This document shows, in pieces, positions 12,769 through 25,011 of a stretch of 53,060 nt of DNA; position 1 is the first letter of the stretch; each line of letters starts with the position of its first letter. Under the pieces are notes generated by a model. The model worked only from the letters and a program-made list of their open reading frames with translations. It was not told the origin of the DNA and did not search any database. The stretch comes from Octopus bimaculoides. Taxonomy: Eukaryota. A program made the position numbers and the translations under genes. The stretch spans positions 125,649,100 to 125,702,159 of the forward strand of contig NC_068982.1 of assembly GCF_001194135.2 (NCBI RefSeq), written 5' to 3'.

Positions 12769-13197
12769 GGCGATCTTTCGGTACGAGTTCCTAAATATCG
12801 GCCTTTTCCGTAAAAAGTGTCTTCGACGATCTTTACCAAAGATCGGCCTTTTCCGTAACACCCGCACGATCTTCACAACGGTGTTAGGGTTAGGGTTTTA
12901 GTGTCAGGGTTAGGGTTTTAGGGTTAGGGTTAGTGTTTAGGGTTACGGTTACGGTTAGGGACGGAATTCCCTAACGCAAACCCTAAAACCGAAACCCTAA
13001 CCGTAAACCTAACCGTCACCCTAACTCTAAACCCTTCAAAATAAATCGCGCTCTCTGTATGTCTTTCGCTGTTATGACGTCGTTTCCCTGTTTCTCTCCA
13101 ACACTTTTTACGGAAAAGGCCGATCTTTGGTAAAGATCGCCGAAGACGCTTTTTACGGAAAAGGCCGATAATTAGGAACTCGTACCGAAAGACCGCC
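12769..13197. mobile_element. GG-ended MITE with central inverted degenerate telomeric repeats
   Basis: About 95-bp TIR (ggcgatctttcggtacgagttcc...), TSD CAATACTT at 12761-12768 and 13198-13205, centre (TTAGGG-like)n-GGAATTCC-(CCCTAA-like)n. Confidence 0.9.
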
Positions 13198-13294
13198 CAA
13201 TACTTATATTTTACATTTATATAATGCAAAAAACATCTTCCAGACTGCAATAGTCAAAGAAATAGAAATAAAATAAAAAAATTATCTTTTCTGT

Positions 13295-13359
13295 GCAGCC
13301 AGGGACCAAATGATTCACGGCCCGGTACCGGTTTGCGCCCCGGTAGTTGGGGACCACTG
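13295..13359. mobile_element. Single end of a hAT MITE
   Basis: Ends ccggtagttggggaccactg, a Charlie-type terminus; no partner end found. Confidence 0.5.
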
Positions 13360-14185
13360 CTTCATACAACTTTTTTCACCTTAAATTGTCCTTCCGCATC
13401 CCCTAAAAACAAATGAAGTAGAAATTACAGAAAACAGAAGACTATGAAACAATAGCAATGTTTACGACAATGGCATTTACAAGACTAACACTTGTTATTT
13501 TCGACTGAATATAAAAGGAAGGACGACGTTGCTGGAAGTAGGCTAAGTAGTAATTCAATATGATGTTTGAAATACGAAGGAAAGCAGACAAGTTGCTTAT
13601 CAACCTGATACTGAATATGATGCTGCTTTAAAACGCCAAGACATTCACACAAAAAGAAAAACATATAAATTAATTGAATATTAAAAAAATATATAAAAAA
13701 AAACTACCCATATGCTGTCTTCATCGTGACCTAAATTGTTTACTATATATGGATGGATAACAAGCAACAAATCTGAAGTTTTTTTTTTTTTTCGTGTCAC
13801 TCACTCATGCTCTCATTAAATCAGTCCCTTTATTTATTTATTTTGTTTTGAGAGGTGACAGGATTAATTCATTTTCCCCCTCCTCCTCGCAACACATGAC
13901 CCGCTAAAAATAAATCATAACTGAACAAAACAAAAAAAAAAAAATCATAAAACTATTACTACAACTACCACCGTTACTACTGCTGCTACTATTGCTACTA
14001 CTACTAGTACTACCACCACCACCGCTACTGCTGCTGGTGAATTCAGTGCCCACAAAACCTTACTACACTAATTACAACTATATTATTTTGTAACATAATG
14101 AATATCTGATTAATTCTTTAGATAGGTTAACTTCCATTTACAACTGAGATCATTCAGGTGCGTCTGTGACACAGTGGGGCAACTG

Positions 14186-14189
<4 letters not shown>

Positions 14190-14249
<60 letters not shown>

Positions 14250-14314
14250 NNNNNNNNNNNNNNNNNNNNNNNNNNNNNNNNNNNNNNNNNNNNNNNNNNN
14301 NNNNNNNNNNNNNN

Positions 14315-14358
<44 letters not shown>
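14190..14358. repeat. (GA)n microsatellite with gap
   Basis: Direct reading. Confidence 0.95.
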
Positions 14359-14360
<2 letters not shown>

Positions 14361-15239
14361 TGAATTCGTGACTAGGATGAATGAATTCGTGAATAGGATC
14401 TTTGCCATTTAGTTTGCAGTGTACGATTTTGTTCATAATTTCTATACTGATGCAGTTTCACATACCAATTACAAAAATCAAGCATTTTGTTTTAGCAGAA
14501 ATAAATAATTTTGAAAAATGTTACGAAATTTTTTGATAATTTTACCCAATCAGAAGCTTCTTTATCGACATGCCGGAAGTGGAATTTGCATACTGTTTCC
14601 ATAGCAGAAGAGAAAGTTCCCAGAGTAAGTAAAACCAGTGCAAGGGATGTGTTACAATAATAAGCAAATCCTGTTTTCCGACTAGATAAAAATTATCAAA
14701 CTTTAAACCTCTGTAACTTTAAAAAAAGACTTTTTTTTTATGGAATAAGTAAGTAATCTCTTGAGATTCAGCGTGGAAAATTACATCAATACACCAAATC
14801 TTAAAAATTTTACTAAACTTTAAAATTTCCACAAGTGTAGCCAAATACAAAAGCCACAGGCACATTTTCCATAGAAAATAAAGCCAGTATACCTTGGAAT
14901 ATGAAACAGTCACATTTCTAAGAGGGAGAGTGCCACTTGTAAACCACGTCCCTTTTCCTGCCGACACACATCTTCATTTCATGACAACTTGAGATCACTG
15001 ACTTCTCTAGGAAAAACCTGATCGCTTCATCTTCCCCCGCTTTTAATTTTTTTCATAATGTTTTCAGATTCACTGTTTCACACTCATGATGGCGGTTTGT
15101 ACTAATTCACTTTCTATAGAAAATTTGTTCGTCAGGTTTCGGCATCTGATATTGGCACTTTCTTCTTTTTAAGTAAAAACACGGTATTTTTTCTTATACA
15201 GGAGCAGGCATAACTGTGTTGTTAAGAATCTCGCGTAGC

Positions 15240-15640
15240 AAATGTAATGAATTTTACATTGAAAGTCTCATCAAACAAGTACATATATAGTTTAAAGAAC
15301 ACCTCTATGCTAATGCTTCTTCCATCGAAAAGCACCTACAGAAATGTCACACCCATGACATCCAGGTTTTCATAGAAGGTACAGAAAGAAACATTAGGAA
15401 CTTGAGAATAAAAGAAACTACAAGTACATATACGGGTTAAAGAACACCTCTATTCTAATGCTTTTTTCTTCCGTCAGAAAGCACTTACGGAAATTCCACA
15501 ACGAAGATATCCAGGTTTTCATTGAAACTGCATAAAGAAATATCGGGAACTTGAGAATAGAAGACGCTAAATTAATTAAGACATACAACCGGCATATTAA
15601 TAACAAACACAAACTGCAAGCGGCTGATTGGCTACTATAG
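15240..15640 (+). mobile_element. Penelope-like element GIY-YIG endonuclease remnant, 145-bp tandem duplication
   Basis: KCNEFYIESLIKQVHI..KEHL..SSIEKHLQKCH, then a second unit RVKEHL..RKHLRKFH..NLRIEDAKLIKTYNRHINNK; units start at 15276 and 15421. Confidence 0.7.
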
Positions 15641-18600
15641 CAACGCAAAACAACCCTTTATACTTATAGACTACAGAACTTTTATTTTTTATTCGTTTTT
15701 ATGTTTTTGTCCCCACTGTGGTGTTTTGTCTGTCCTTGTGCTGTCCCCTCTGTGTTATGGCCGTAGTGCCTAATAAAGAATAATCGTATTGGTAGCAGTT
15801 CACTGTGAGCCTTTGACATGGATCGTTGAGTCTCGCGTAATATTAATTGTGGTGCGTCGTGTATATACTTTCTCACCTCTTGCCTCGTTATATTATATAT
15901 CCAATACTAGGATATAAAAGTTTGCTTGCATGAAAATATATTAACATACACAATCAAACAATTTATCAATTTCTAGCTCGGAATTCCGTCGTTGAATCGA
16001 TTCTTTTTCTGTTCTTACTAATTCTGTAGGTTTACATAAAATATCTATGCCACAGTATTAATGTAAAAATACGAAGTCATAACTCCCATATTCGCTATTG
16101 CTGATAAATAATCCTTTGATGCATTTGATTATTTACTTTCTCAGAAGTTAATAAAAATATATTGATAGTGCTTAATACTCAAATTTTGGTTGGAATGTAA
16201 TTTCAAAATTAATCAAGCTTAATACAAGGAAGGGGATTGACATCTGTGATTCCAATGTTTTTCAACTTATCATGAAGTCACACTGAATTCATTTCTCTTT
16301 CTTTAGAACATCAAAAGCAAGCGATTGACATAAATATTCATTCTTTATACGTTCTGGCAGATTAGAACGTGAACACGCTAATCGCTGATGTATTTCTTCG
16401 TTAAAGAACGTTTTTCAGATGAATACGTGTTCATGATACACTCGCTTTATTAGAGTTAGAGGACATCCGGTGTTTTGACATCATTGTTTCCTCAGTCAAA
16501 GCTGACACGGATTAATAAGTTGAACAAGAGTTTGTGACTCTTCTTTACAAATTCAGCAATTTGCTGATATGCGCTATCTACCGTCTGATAATAACTTATG
16601 TATATTATCGTTCTGATTCTCACTGCACATGACGATTTCCTACATCTTCCACTAAATCCTTCCCTTAGTCTAATAGTTAAAATATTGTGTTTATTTTGAA
16701 GGTCTCAACTTATTTTCAGCGACGGCCTAGTTATGAAAAATAACTATTTACTTACTATAAACGGATTTCATTAAACAGAAGACACTTCAGCATGTGTCCA
16801 GATAATTTTGAATCATATTACCCATCCCCATCTTCAAATTTTCCCGGAACTGGAAGTAAGCTGAATTTTGATAAAGTTCGTTTTTATGGTATTTTAAAAT
16901 AGTGGAGTTGTAGATTGGAATATTAAGAACTTGTGGATTATAATTAAGACAGTCTCAATTTTCTTTAGCCTTTATTCAAGTAAATGAAAACAATTACAAT
17001 ACTGTTCAAAAAATAATATAAACACGCCGACCAATTAGCACTGTTGATAATTTGATAAAAAATATAATCGTTTATAGCTTTATTAATTCGATCGACGTGA
17101 TGTAATCTATTAACTTATTAAGATTAACTGTCTCTCAAATGTCATCATGTAAAACAATAGTTAAGACAGTGTTGCGATATTTAATGCAAAGCACATGAGC
17201 AGTAATAATTATAAATGATTACGTGGTGAGGAAAAGTCAACATTAGCATATTCAAAACAAAAATAAATAAATTCGTCGTTGAACTTAACTATTGTTCTTG
17301 TGCAAATAGCGTCTCTGAATAATTAACCTCAATATTTTATTATTTTAAGTTTTCGCACCTATTGTTGTATAGTATTGTATATTAAGTTAGTGATTCTCTC
17401 AACACCTACTTTGCCAAAAATAGTGAAATTTATGCTTCACTGAGGAGACCTAACAATCCAAGACCGAATTTCGAAATTGGCGAGAGGGAGAGAGGAAAGG
17501 AAGATATCCTCAAACTCGATATGTGACCCCAACGCTTGCAACAAAGTGGATACCGCTAAAGCCTCCCCCCCCCCACCAATAAGACACGGCCGTTTTGGCA
17601 GCATTGTCTACCAGGAAAAATCAACGTACCGGGCACTATAGGACTCTGTGCAAGAGAATTTACTGATCTATGTATGTCGCAGCATACATAGACCAGAATC
17701 GGGCCTTAAAACGGCACTGTCCCAAGGACTAGGTGATGATGTTTAATTGAGCAAAAGCTTAGGTCTATCATTCAAGTTGATGAGGTATTTGATCTCAGAA
17801 TATACAAAGTCGGAACAGATACTGCATGGCATCATATTTAATGCGCTGACGATTTGTGCCAGTCCATCATCCTTGGTTTGCATTTCATCAAGCCCATAAT
17901 GATGAAAGCTAAAGTTGATCTCGGCGGAATTAGAACTCAGAACGGAGGATATTTCGTCGGATACTGTAAAACGCTTGTCAGTTCGCACGTACGCGCACAA
18001 ACACACACACACATAGGTGTGTGTTTTGCTCAGAAAAAAAAAAAAAAGAGAGAGAGCTGTGTAGTAAGATAAATAATTTTTGCAAACTATCAACTACATC
18101 CCTAAAATGGTAAGGCATGAGAATGTAATACTCTAATACCGACCTGAATTATTCAGAAAAACATGCACGAAATATTCGGTCACGAGATATTTACTCACTT
18201 CCATTTATAAAGAATTACGAATGAAAAAAAAAAAAAAAATCGAAAACAAAAATCANNNNNNNNNNNNNNNNNNNNNNNNNNNNNNNNNNNNNNNNNNNNN
18301 NNNNNNNNNNNNNNNNNNNTAATGCAGATAAAGAAACAGTAATTTTAGCTCTCCCCTCTATTGTCACGTGGTTTTCATTAGTTTCATGTGAGTTAGTGAG
18401 GACTATATTTACCACTTTGCCTGTACACAGTATTTTCCCGAGTTTGTCCTAAACATCCATGCTTGTTTTCATTTTTTTTTAGTTAGCCCATTTCATACGT
18501 TCTGATTAACATTAAGCTTTTCTTTCATAAGTTCCAAGTTACTCCGGTATTTGAAGAAAAAAAAAATAAATAACGTGTGTAATATATGCCAAGATACCAG

Positions 18601-18671
18601 GGAAATATGTTCCCCGTGTCACAAGGAATACACGTGACAGACAAAGGGTTATACTTTTAAGTGTAGACTTA

Positions 18672-18985
18672 GCATTCCGTCGGTTACGACGATGAGGGTT
18701 CCAGTCGGTCCAATCCACAGAACAGCCTGTTCGTGAAATTAACGCGCAAGCGGCTGAGCACTCCACAGACACGTGTGTCTTTAACGTAGTTCTCGGGGAG
18801 ATTCAGCATGACACAGAGTGTGATAAGGCTGACCTTTTGAAATACAGGTACAACTCATATTTACCAGCTGAGTGGACTGGAGCAGCGTGAAAAAGTTTCT
18901 TGCTCAAGGACACAACGCATCACCGGAAAATGAACTCACAACCTTACGATCTTGAGCCGAATAACCTTAGCACTAAGCCAGGCAC
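18672..18985 (-). mobile_element. tRNA-derived SINE (family C tail, alternative central domain)
   Basis: 13-bp TSD aagtgtagactta at 18659-18671 and 18986-18998. Confidence 0.85.
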
Positions 18986-19019
18986 AAGTGTAGACTTAAT
19001 TCAGTGTTACGTTGATACT

Positions 19020-19404
19020 GTGGAGGCGCAATGGCCCAGTGGTTAAGGCAGCGGACTCGCGGTCATAGGATCGCGATTTCGATTCCCAGACCGGGCGTTG
19101 TTAGTGTTTATTGAGTGAAAACACCTAAAGCTCCACGAGGCTCCGGCAGGGGACGGTGGTGAACCCTGCTGTACTCTTCCACCACAACTTTCTTTCACTC
19201 TTACTTCCTGTTTCTGTTGTGCCTGTAATTCAAAGGGTCAGCCTTGTCACACTGTGTCACGCTGAATCTCCCCGAGAACTACGTTAAGGGTACACGTGTC
19301 TGTGGAGTGCTCAGCCACTTGCACGTTAATTTCACAAGCAGGCTGTTCCGTTGATTGGATCAACTGGAACCCTCGACGTCGTAAGCGACAGAGTGCCAAC
19401 AACA
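19020..19404 (+). mobile_element. Full-length SINE family C
   Basis: Head ggaggcgcaatggcccagtggtt...gcgatttcgattccc; 11-bp TSD acgttgatact at 19009-19019 and 19405-19415. Confidence 0.9.
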
Positions 19405-19589
19405 ACGTTGATACTTGAGAGATTTAAACTCGAGGATCAAAGGAAGTCGATTGAAATATCAGACACTATTTCTGTTAGTATCTACCCAAATGATTTGTTC
19501 TAAAATTCCATCTTCTGTGGATGTCTTTGCACTCAGTTACTTACAAGTACTAATAAATGTGAGTCCAATGGTCGTACAATTGTTTTCCC

Positions 19590-19800
19590 TTTTAAAAGCT
19601 GATATTGGCTTCAAATTTTGGCCCAAGGCCAACAATTTCGTGGGACGGGGTAAGTTGATTACATCGACCCCAGTGTTCAACTGCTACTTAATTTTATCGA
19701 TTCCGAAAAGATGAAGGTCGGCCTCGGCGGAATTTGAACTCAGAACATAAAGACGGACGAAATGCCTCTAAGAATTTTGCTTAGCGTGGTAACGATTCTT
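19590..19800 (-). mobile_element. SINE family B
   Basis: gtcggcctcggcggaatttgaactcagaac segment. Confidence 0.75.
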
Positions 19801-20857
19801 GTCTCCCTTCTTTCAAAACTAATATAAAATGTCATTTCTAATACACAGCTTGAACGATATAAAAAAGATGGAGAGCTGGGTAACTAAGTGCTCAGTAGTT
19901 CGAATCTATTCACTTGTTAATTTTAACGACGATACTTTTACGTTGTTGCTTGATCTATAAGAGATAACAAATCTCCCTCATACCAAAACCTAGCTTTTTT
20001 TTTTTAAGGGTTACATTATATAATGTAGCCTTAAGTACATTAAACTTGAAATTAAATAAAATGAAATGTTCGCAACCAAGGGCTGAACGACAACAAAACT
20101 AACAGCCTGCTGCCATAGTTTGTAAATAGCTGTTGCAGAGTAGCAATTGCCTGATGTAAACAGTGCAAAGAAAAGAAAATTTTCGTTACTTTGTAGTGGT
20201 GAACTTCCTGTAGGTATAGCCAGGAGACATAAGGTCTATCTCTAAGTTAGCTTGCCCTAGACTCTCTACGTAACAATACATAAAAGAGTTTCCGACAGAG
20301 TATTGCACACATATCGGAGAACAGCAGCTACACACACACACACACACACACATTAAATCGTATCTGAAAATAAAAAGAAAAATTAAATTTACTTTCAAAG
20401 AACACAACCTAAAAGTTCGAAGCGCTGTACTCCACTAAGTCTCTTTTACCGACATTGTAACGGTTATGTGCCTTTGGAGATACAAGCTATGTACTATTCC
20501 CACCTTAGGCCATGCAGTTTATATTGATTTCTGTGATTTTATTGGTTGAACCCTTCAAAATTATTAACTCGAGGCATTATCTCTGAAAGTGTCATTCGTT
20601 TTTTGTGTGCTCATATTTTCCTTACTGGCTTGGTCCAAATTGAAGTGAAACTGAAACATTAACATACCCAGTTTGGGAAAGCCTACATATATTATCCAAA
20701 ATAAAAAAATATACTAGAGACGGTAGAACTGCGGCACTTAAATGAATTTAGGTAAAAATAATACAGGTGAAAAAATAGGTAAAAATGGTACAATAAGCTT
20801 ACTGAAATATACTCTAGTAGCACCTAGTCCGTATTTTACCAGTTCCATTCTTTACTT

Positions 20858-21224
20858 GGTGCCAGTGTAGTATGTGATCTACAGCAATCTAAATCTAGAC
20901 TAGCTTGTGACCTACATGCAAAATTTTGTTAAAAATTTGCAATAATAATTTGAGGAGAGAATTAAACATTTCAAAAATAAAAGAATGTTCTGCGTATGTG
21001 TTCCATCTTGATTAACATAGCTTTGCTGGTGGCTGACGTCGGAATGGATGCAATATTTATTTAGATTCGAATAATGCCGGTCAGTCATCTGAGTGGATGA
21101 CAGAGCCTGCTGGCACCTCTCTTAGGATAATTTTTTAGTGTAGATCACAAACTATACCATTTGAACTAATGTAGATCACACGCTATACCAGAAACATATG
21201 TAGATCACATACAACGCCGGCATC
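20858..21224. mobile_element. MITE with 8-bp TSD and repeated subterminal TGTGATCTACA motifs
   Basis: About 26-bp imperfect TIR G(G/A)TGCC...GTATGTGATCTACA; TSD CTTTACTT at 20850-20857 and 21225-21232. Confidence 0.8.
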
Positions 21225-23158
21225 CTTTACTTTATTACATGCAATTATGTACATATATAATATAGATGCATATATTGCATCTGTGATTTTATTTTTGATC
21301 TATATAAATGAAGATATTTCCTTCGTTTTGCTGTATTTCTTTCTGCGAAGTAAGATACATTGCGGAATTTATTTTACGGCGTTGTGTATTTATCACCAGA
21401 TGAGACATCTGCACCACCGAATGCTCCTCAACCAATTGTTAAGAGTCCCACCTGTGAGGGATCGATGCTAGATGTGTTAAAACAATTGTAATTAATAATA
21501 AATCCTAGTATATTCTCTCTTCCGTCTTTCATTTACCATATACATGTAAAATATATAGATACATAGTATATATAAATATGTTTAGGTGTGTATACATTTG
21601 GTGAATGCAATTCTATATACGCCCGTTTATGCGTGTGCATATATATTTCACATTGACGAAGAGAGAGAGAGAGAGAATGTATATGTATGCGCGCGTGTGT
21701 GTATGTGTATCTATATACACATACACACACACAAGTGAGTGGAATTGATGTACTTGAAAAAATAGTGAAATATTTTCGTGCGATATACACACAAAGATGA
21801 CTGCATGGTTAAGAAGCTCACTTGACAACCACGTGGTTTCAAGTTCAGTCCCTCTGCGCACATTTTATAACCTTGAGAGTGAATTTCGTAGAAGGAAACA
21901 AGAGGAAGACTGAAACAAGTGAAAAATAAAGTTATTTCATTTCTCATTAACAATGAATTATTTAAGCAGGGGACGCAGTACTTTTAGAATTAGAGCGTAT
22001 TACAATCTGATACGCCATCTCATTGATTTTCTTTTCTGAAGTAGTTGACAAAAGTACTTCTTTGCTGTAATTTCCTTTGATATTCTTTGTAATTTCCTTT
22101 CATAAATTTAGTTTCAGTTTCTAGTAAACAAGATTCATTGAAATACATTACAAGTAATTTCAGTACGAACTTTCTTACAGGATTTTGTTATATCTTGGGA
22201 AGGTCATTTCGCCAGACTCTCCCAAGATAAAGATTTATTTTATCATACGAGAATGTGTAATGACAGTTGCTTTTGATGGGACACAATAGAGGAGGGTGCA
22301 TGAGGACTTCTAAATTAACGGGGATTTCGCTAATTTCAGTGAAATTTAAAAAAACAAACTCTGTAAGTACAGTAGCATAGCAATAACATTTCGAATCTAC
22401 GACGAGTACACGTGCAAACTGTCAAATTTATTATAACATGTCAAACTTCGATTTTACTTTTAAATTTGATGCTCCAGCTCAATGTTATAATTCATTTGTA
22501 TTAAACCCACTGTGAAATCATTCAAGATCTTACCGCCAAATAAAATACTTGATCACTCCCCATAATGAAACGATTAACGTATTTAATTGAAACTATTTCA
22601 ACAACTTTAAAATAGGATGGTCAAACAATTCAAAGTTTGCAGAAGAAAAAAAACAAAAAACTTTAGAACTTGCCTGTTATTGGAACTAAGTAGAAAGTAT
22701 TTCCGCTAAAAGAATTATTTAAACAGGAGGAGAGTACATCTAGACATATTACACAATTTGATGTGTATATATACTGCTGTAGAATACTTGCACATTTCCG
22801 AAAAGCGACGTTTGTGATGCAGTTTCGATTTCCGGTTGATCCATTGGATTTACTTGCTTCTCGTGTTTTCCCTTAGACCACATAGTTCACTGGCAACATA
22901 TTATAAACGTGGTACAAGTAGAACAAAAGACTCATTTAGCTTGGAGAACTCTTTATATGTAACAAAACCGCTCAACAATATGGTAACAATCATTATAATT
23001 TTTGAAAACTGAACAGACAAATCAACGAGGCTTTATAAACAATGTCCTCTAAAATAATGGTATGGTTATAAGAATTCGATAATTTGATTAGGATTACAAT
23101 ATGTTGTACTCTGAAAATAATTGTTTTAGTAAATTAGAATTAAAAATAGTCATTGGTT

Positions 23159-23854
23159 TTATATAGCTCCAACACGAATATAGCTTGCGAGAGAACAGGC
23201 GAATATACCACCAACCAACTGTAAAAATCCAAATATATTACAAGTAGTCCCAAAATAAATTTGACGTTTATGCATCCAAGAAAGAATCTTTTTCGAACAA
23301 CCATGTTCATAAATAGAGCTCTGATTTTGGGAGTAATTTCCGCAGCCTTCCGTTGGGTGAATGCAACAAGAATCCGGAACAGTACCATTACCCAAAACAT
23401 TGTACCATTCACTTGGTTTGTGAACTCCACAACAAGCGAATTTTTTCTGAATACTATCCCATTCGTTTGCAACTGTTGCGTTGAAGAGATATTGGTGTTC
23501 GGTCTTAACCATCCTCGCGCTCACTGAATGACTTGCTATTTTTCGTAGCGAAAATGTTGCAGTGGAACTGCCAATTTCCACAGTTGTTATAAGAACGATA
23601 AAGATAGTGAAGGTTGCGATGTATTCATAGCTTTTCTTCAGGGCTCCAACAAGACCAAATAGTGACATAAGCATCAGAAGAAAGCCTAAAGATATAAACA
23701 AAATAGTACACAACTTCATATAGTTTCCTAACAAACAAGGATAAGTTTGGGTGTAATAGAATCCGCCGAGTCCTATTAGAATCAGAGAAGCGACAAGAAA
23801 GAGTATATTCAACAAAATTAAAGTCACCCTCGTACAGAAAGGACTACATTCCAT
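23159..23854 (-). CDS. Intronless tetraspanin (CD63/CD53-like architecture), 231 aa from the first ATG
   Basis: Four hydrophobic segments; large loop with CCG, PDSCC and GC (6 Cys); uninterrupted ORF; ATG at 23854 preferred over TTG at 23887. Confidence 0.9.
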   Translation of the reverse strand: MECSPFCTRVTLILLNILFLVASLILIGLGGFYYTQTYPCLLGNYMKLCTILFISLGFLLMLMSLFGLVGALKKSYEYIATFTIFIVLITTVEIGSSTATFSLRKIASHSVSARMVKTEHQYLFNATVANEWDSIQKKFACCGVHKPSEWYNVLGNGTVPDSCCIHPTEGCGNYSQNQSSIYEHGCSKKILSWMHKRQIYFGTTCNIFGFLQLVGGIFACSLASYIRVGAI

Positions 23855-24069
23855 GCTTACTTCCACGAGGATGAAAAAATATGACAACTCATTGGTTGGT
23901 TAATAAATAAGCACAGCGTTGTTCATATTCAAATTCTTCTGCTTCATTGATTTCATTATACAACCATTTCTAATGATCAGAAAACAGCACATGTGATTTT
24001 GTAAGAAAGTCATGGGTTCGTTTCTGGTGCCATACAGATGAACTTTTAACAAGATAATGATTTTTAATT

Positions 24070-24490
24070 TTGACACAAGGCCAGCGATTTTGATGCTTGT
24101 GGTGGTAATGGGGGCAAGTTGATTACATCGACTCCAGTACTGAAGCTGTTACTTATTTTTTCTACCTTGGGAGTGTGACAGGCAAAGTCAGTCTCGGCAA
24201 CATTTGAACTCAGAACATACAGCACCGGAAGAAATTCCATCCAGTATTTTGTCCGGTACGATAAAGATCCTAACAGCTCGCCGCTTAAAGGGTTCAAATT
24301 TTGGCACAGGGCTAACAGTTTTTGGGGAAGAGGTAAATCGATTTCATCGGTCCCAGTGTCCAACTGGGATTTATTTTATTGACCCTGTTAGGATGAAAGG
24401 CAAAGTCGACATTTGAATTCAGAACGCGAAGAGCCGAAAGAAACGTTGCTAAGCATTTTGTCCGACTCGCTAACGATTCTGACAGGCCAC
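24070..24490 (-). mobile_element. Two tandem SINE B copies
   Basis: Repeated tttggcac(a)aggcc..atcgac..tttgaa(c/t)tcagaac. Confidence 0.7.
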
Positions 24491-24532
24491 CCCCTTAACT
24501 TATAAGAAGATATAGATTTCTTTTCTCTAAAT

Positions 24533-24782
24533 CAGCGGTTCTAAACCATTTTCTGCCTATGAATCCCCTGTGATTCTTATTTTACTCAAATGGATCCCGG
24601 TAGCCATTCGCTATTTGAAATTTTCTACTATAGTTTTATGATCAAATGTTAGGAATTTTATAAAGATAATTGTTAAAACATTTTGCGCATTATAGTATAA
24701 CCAATTAATTGCAGACAAAATTTTGCTACAAAATCTTATATGGACCCCCTAGGGCCATATGGGCCCAGGTTGAGAACCACTG
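24533..24782. mobile_element. hAT (Charlie-like) MITE
   Basis: TIR cagcggttctaaacc / ggttgagaaccactg; perfect TSD CTCTAAAT. Confidence 0.9.
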
Positions 24783-25011
24783 CTCTAAATACTCATACTT
24801 GGAGAGTGAATGTAACTAAATTCATGAACCTTAATTTGTTACTTAAGGCTTTAAACTCTCAGTAATTCAAGTTACCACATCCAGTTTGTTTCAGTGAGAA
24901 ACGTATTAGCGAACAAAGTTATTTTCGCTTAAAATGTTGCCTTTGGAGGAAAAGGAGAGAAGTCTATACTAATCAAAGAAGTAATTTGTCCTTCAAAATT
25001 GTGTTCTTGTA

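Noticed and set aside
14066-14183. Minus-strand exon after a (CT)n tract ending in CAG
   Set aside because: Splice-like signals arise easily next to microsatellites; no coding homology
16300-16650. Degenerate hAT transposase on the minus strand (RR.IAHIS, ALxE..NDVK)
   Set aside because: Needs several frameshifts; too weak without a translated search
19020-19095. tRNA genes
   Set aside because: tRNA-like heads continue into multi-copy SINE bodies with TSDs; no complete cloverleaf was established
21139-21209. CRISPR-like repeat-spacer array
   Set aside because: Only 11-bp motifs with similar spacers, inside a MITE, in a eukaryotic context with no cas genes
23261-23527. Antisense ORF over tetraspanin 1
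   Set aside because: Short shadow ORF without recognisable features
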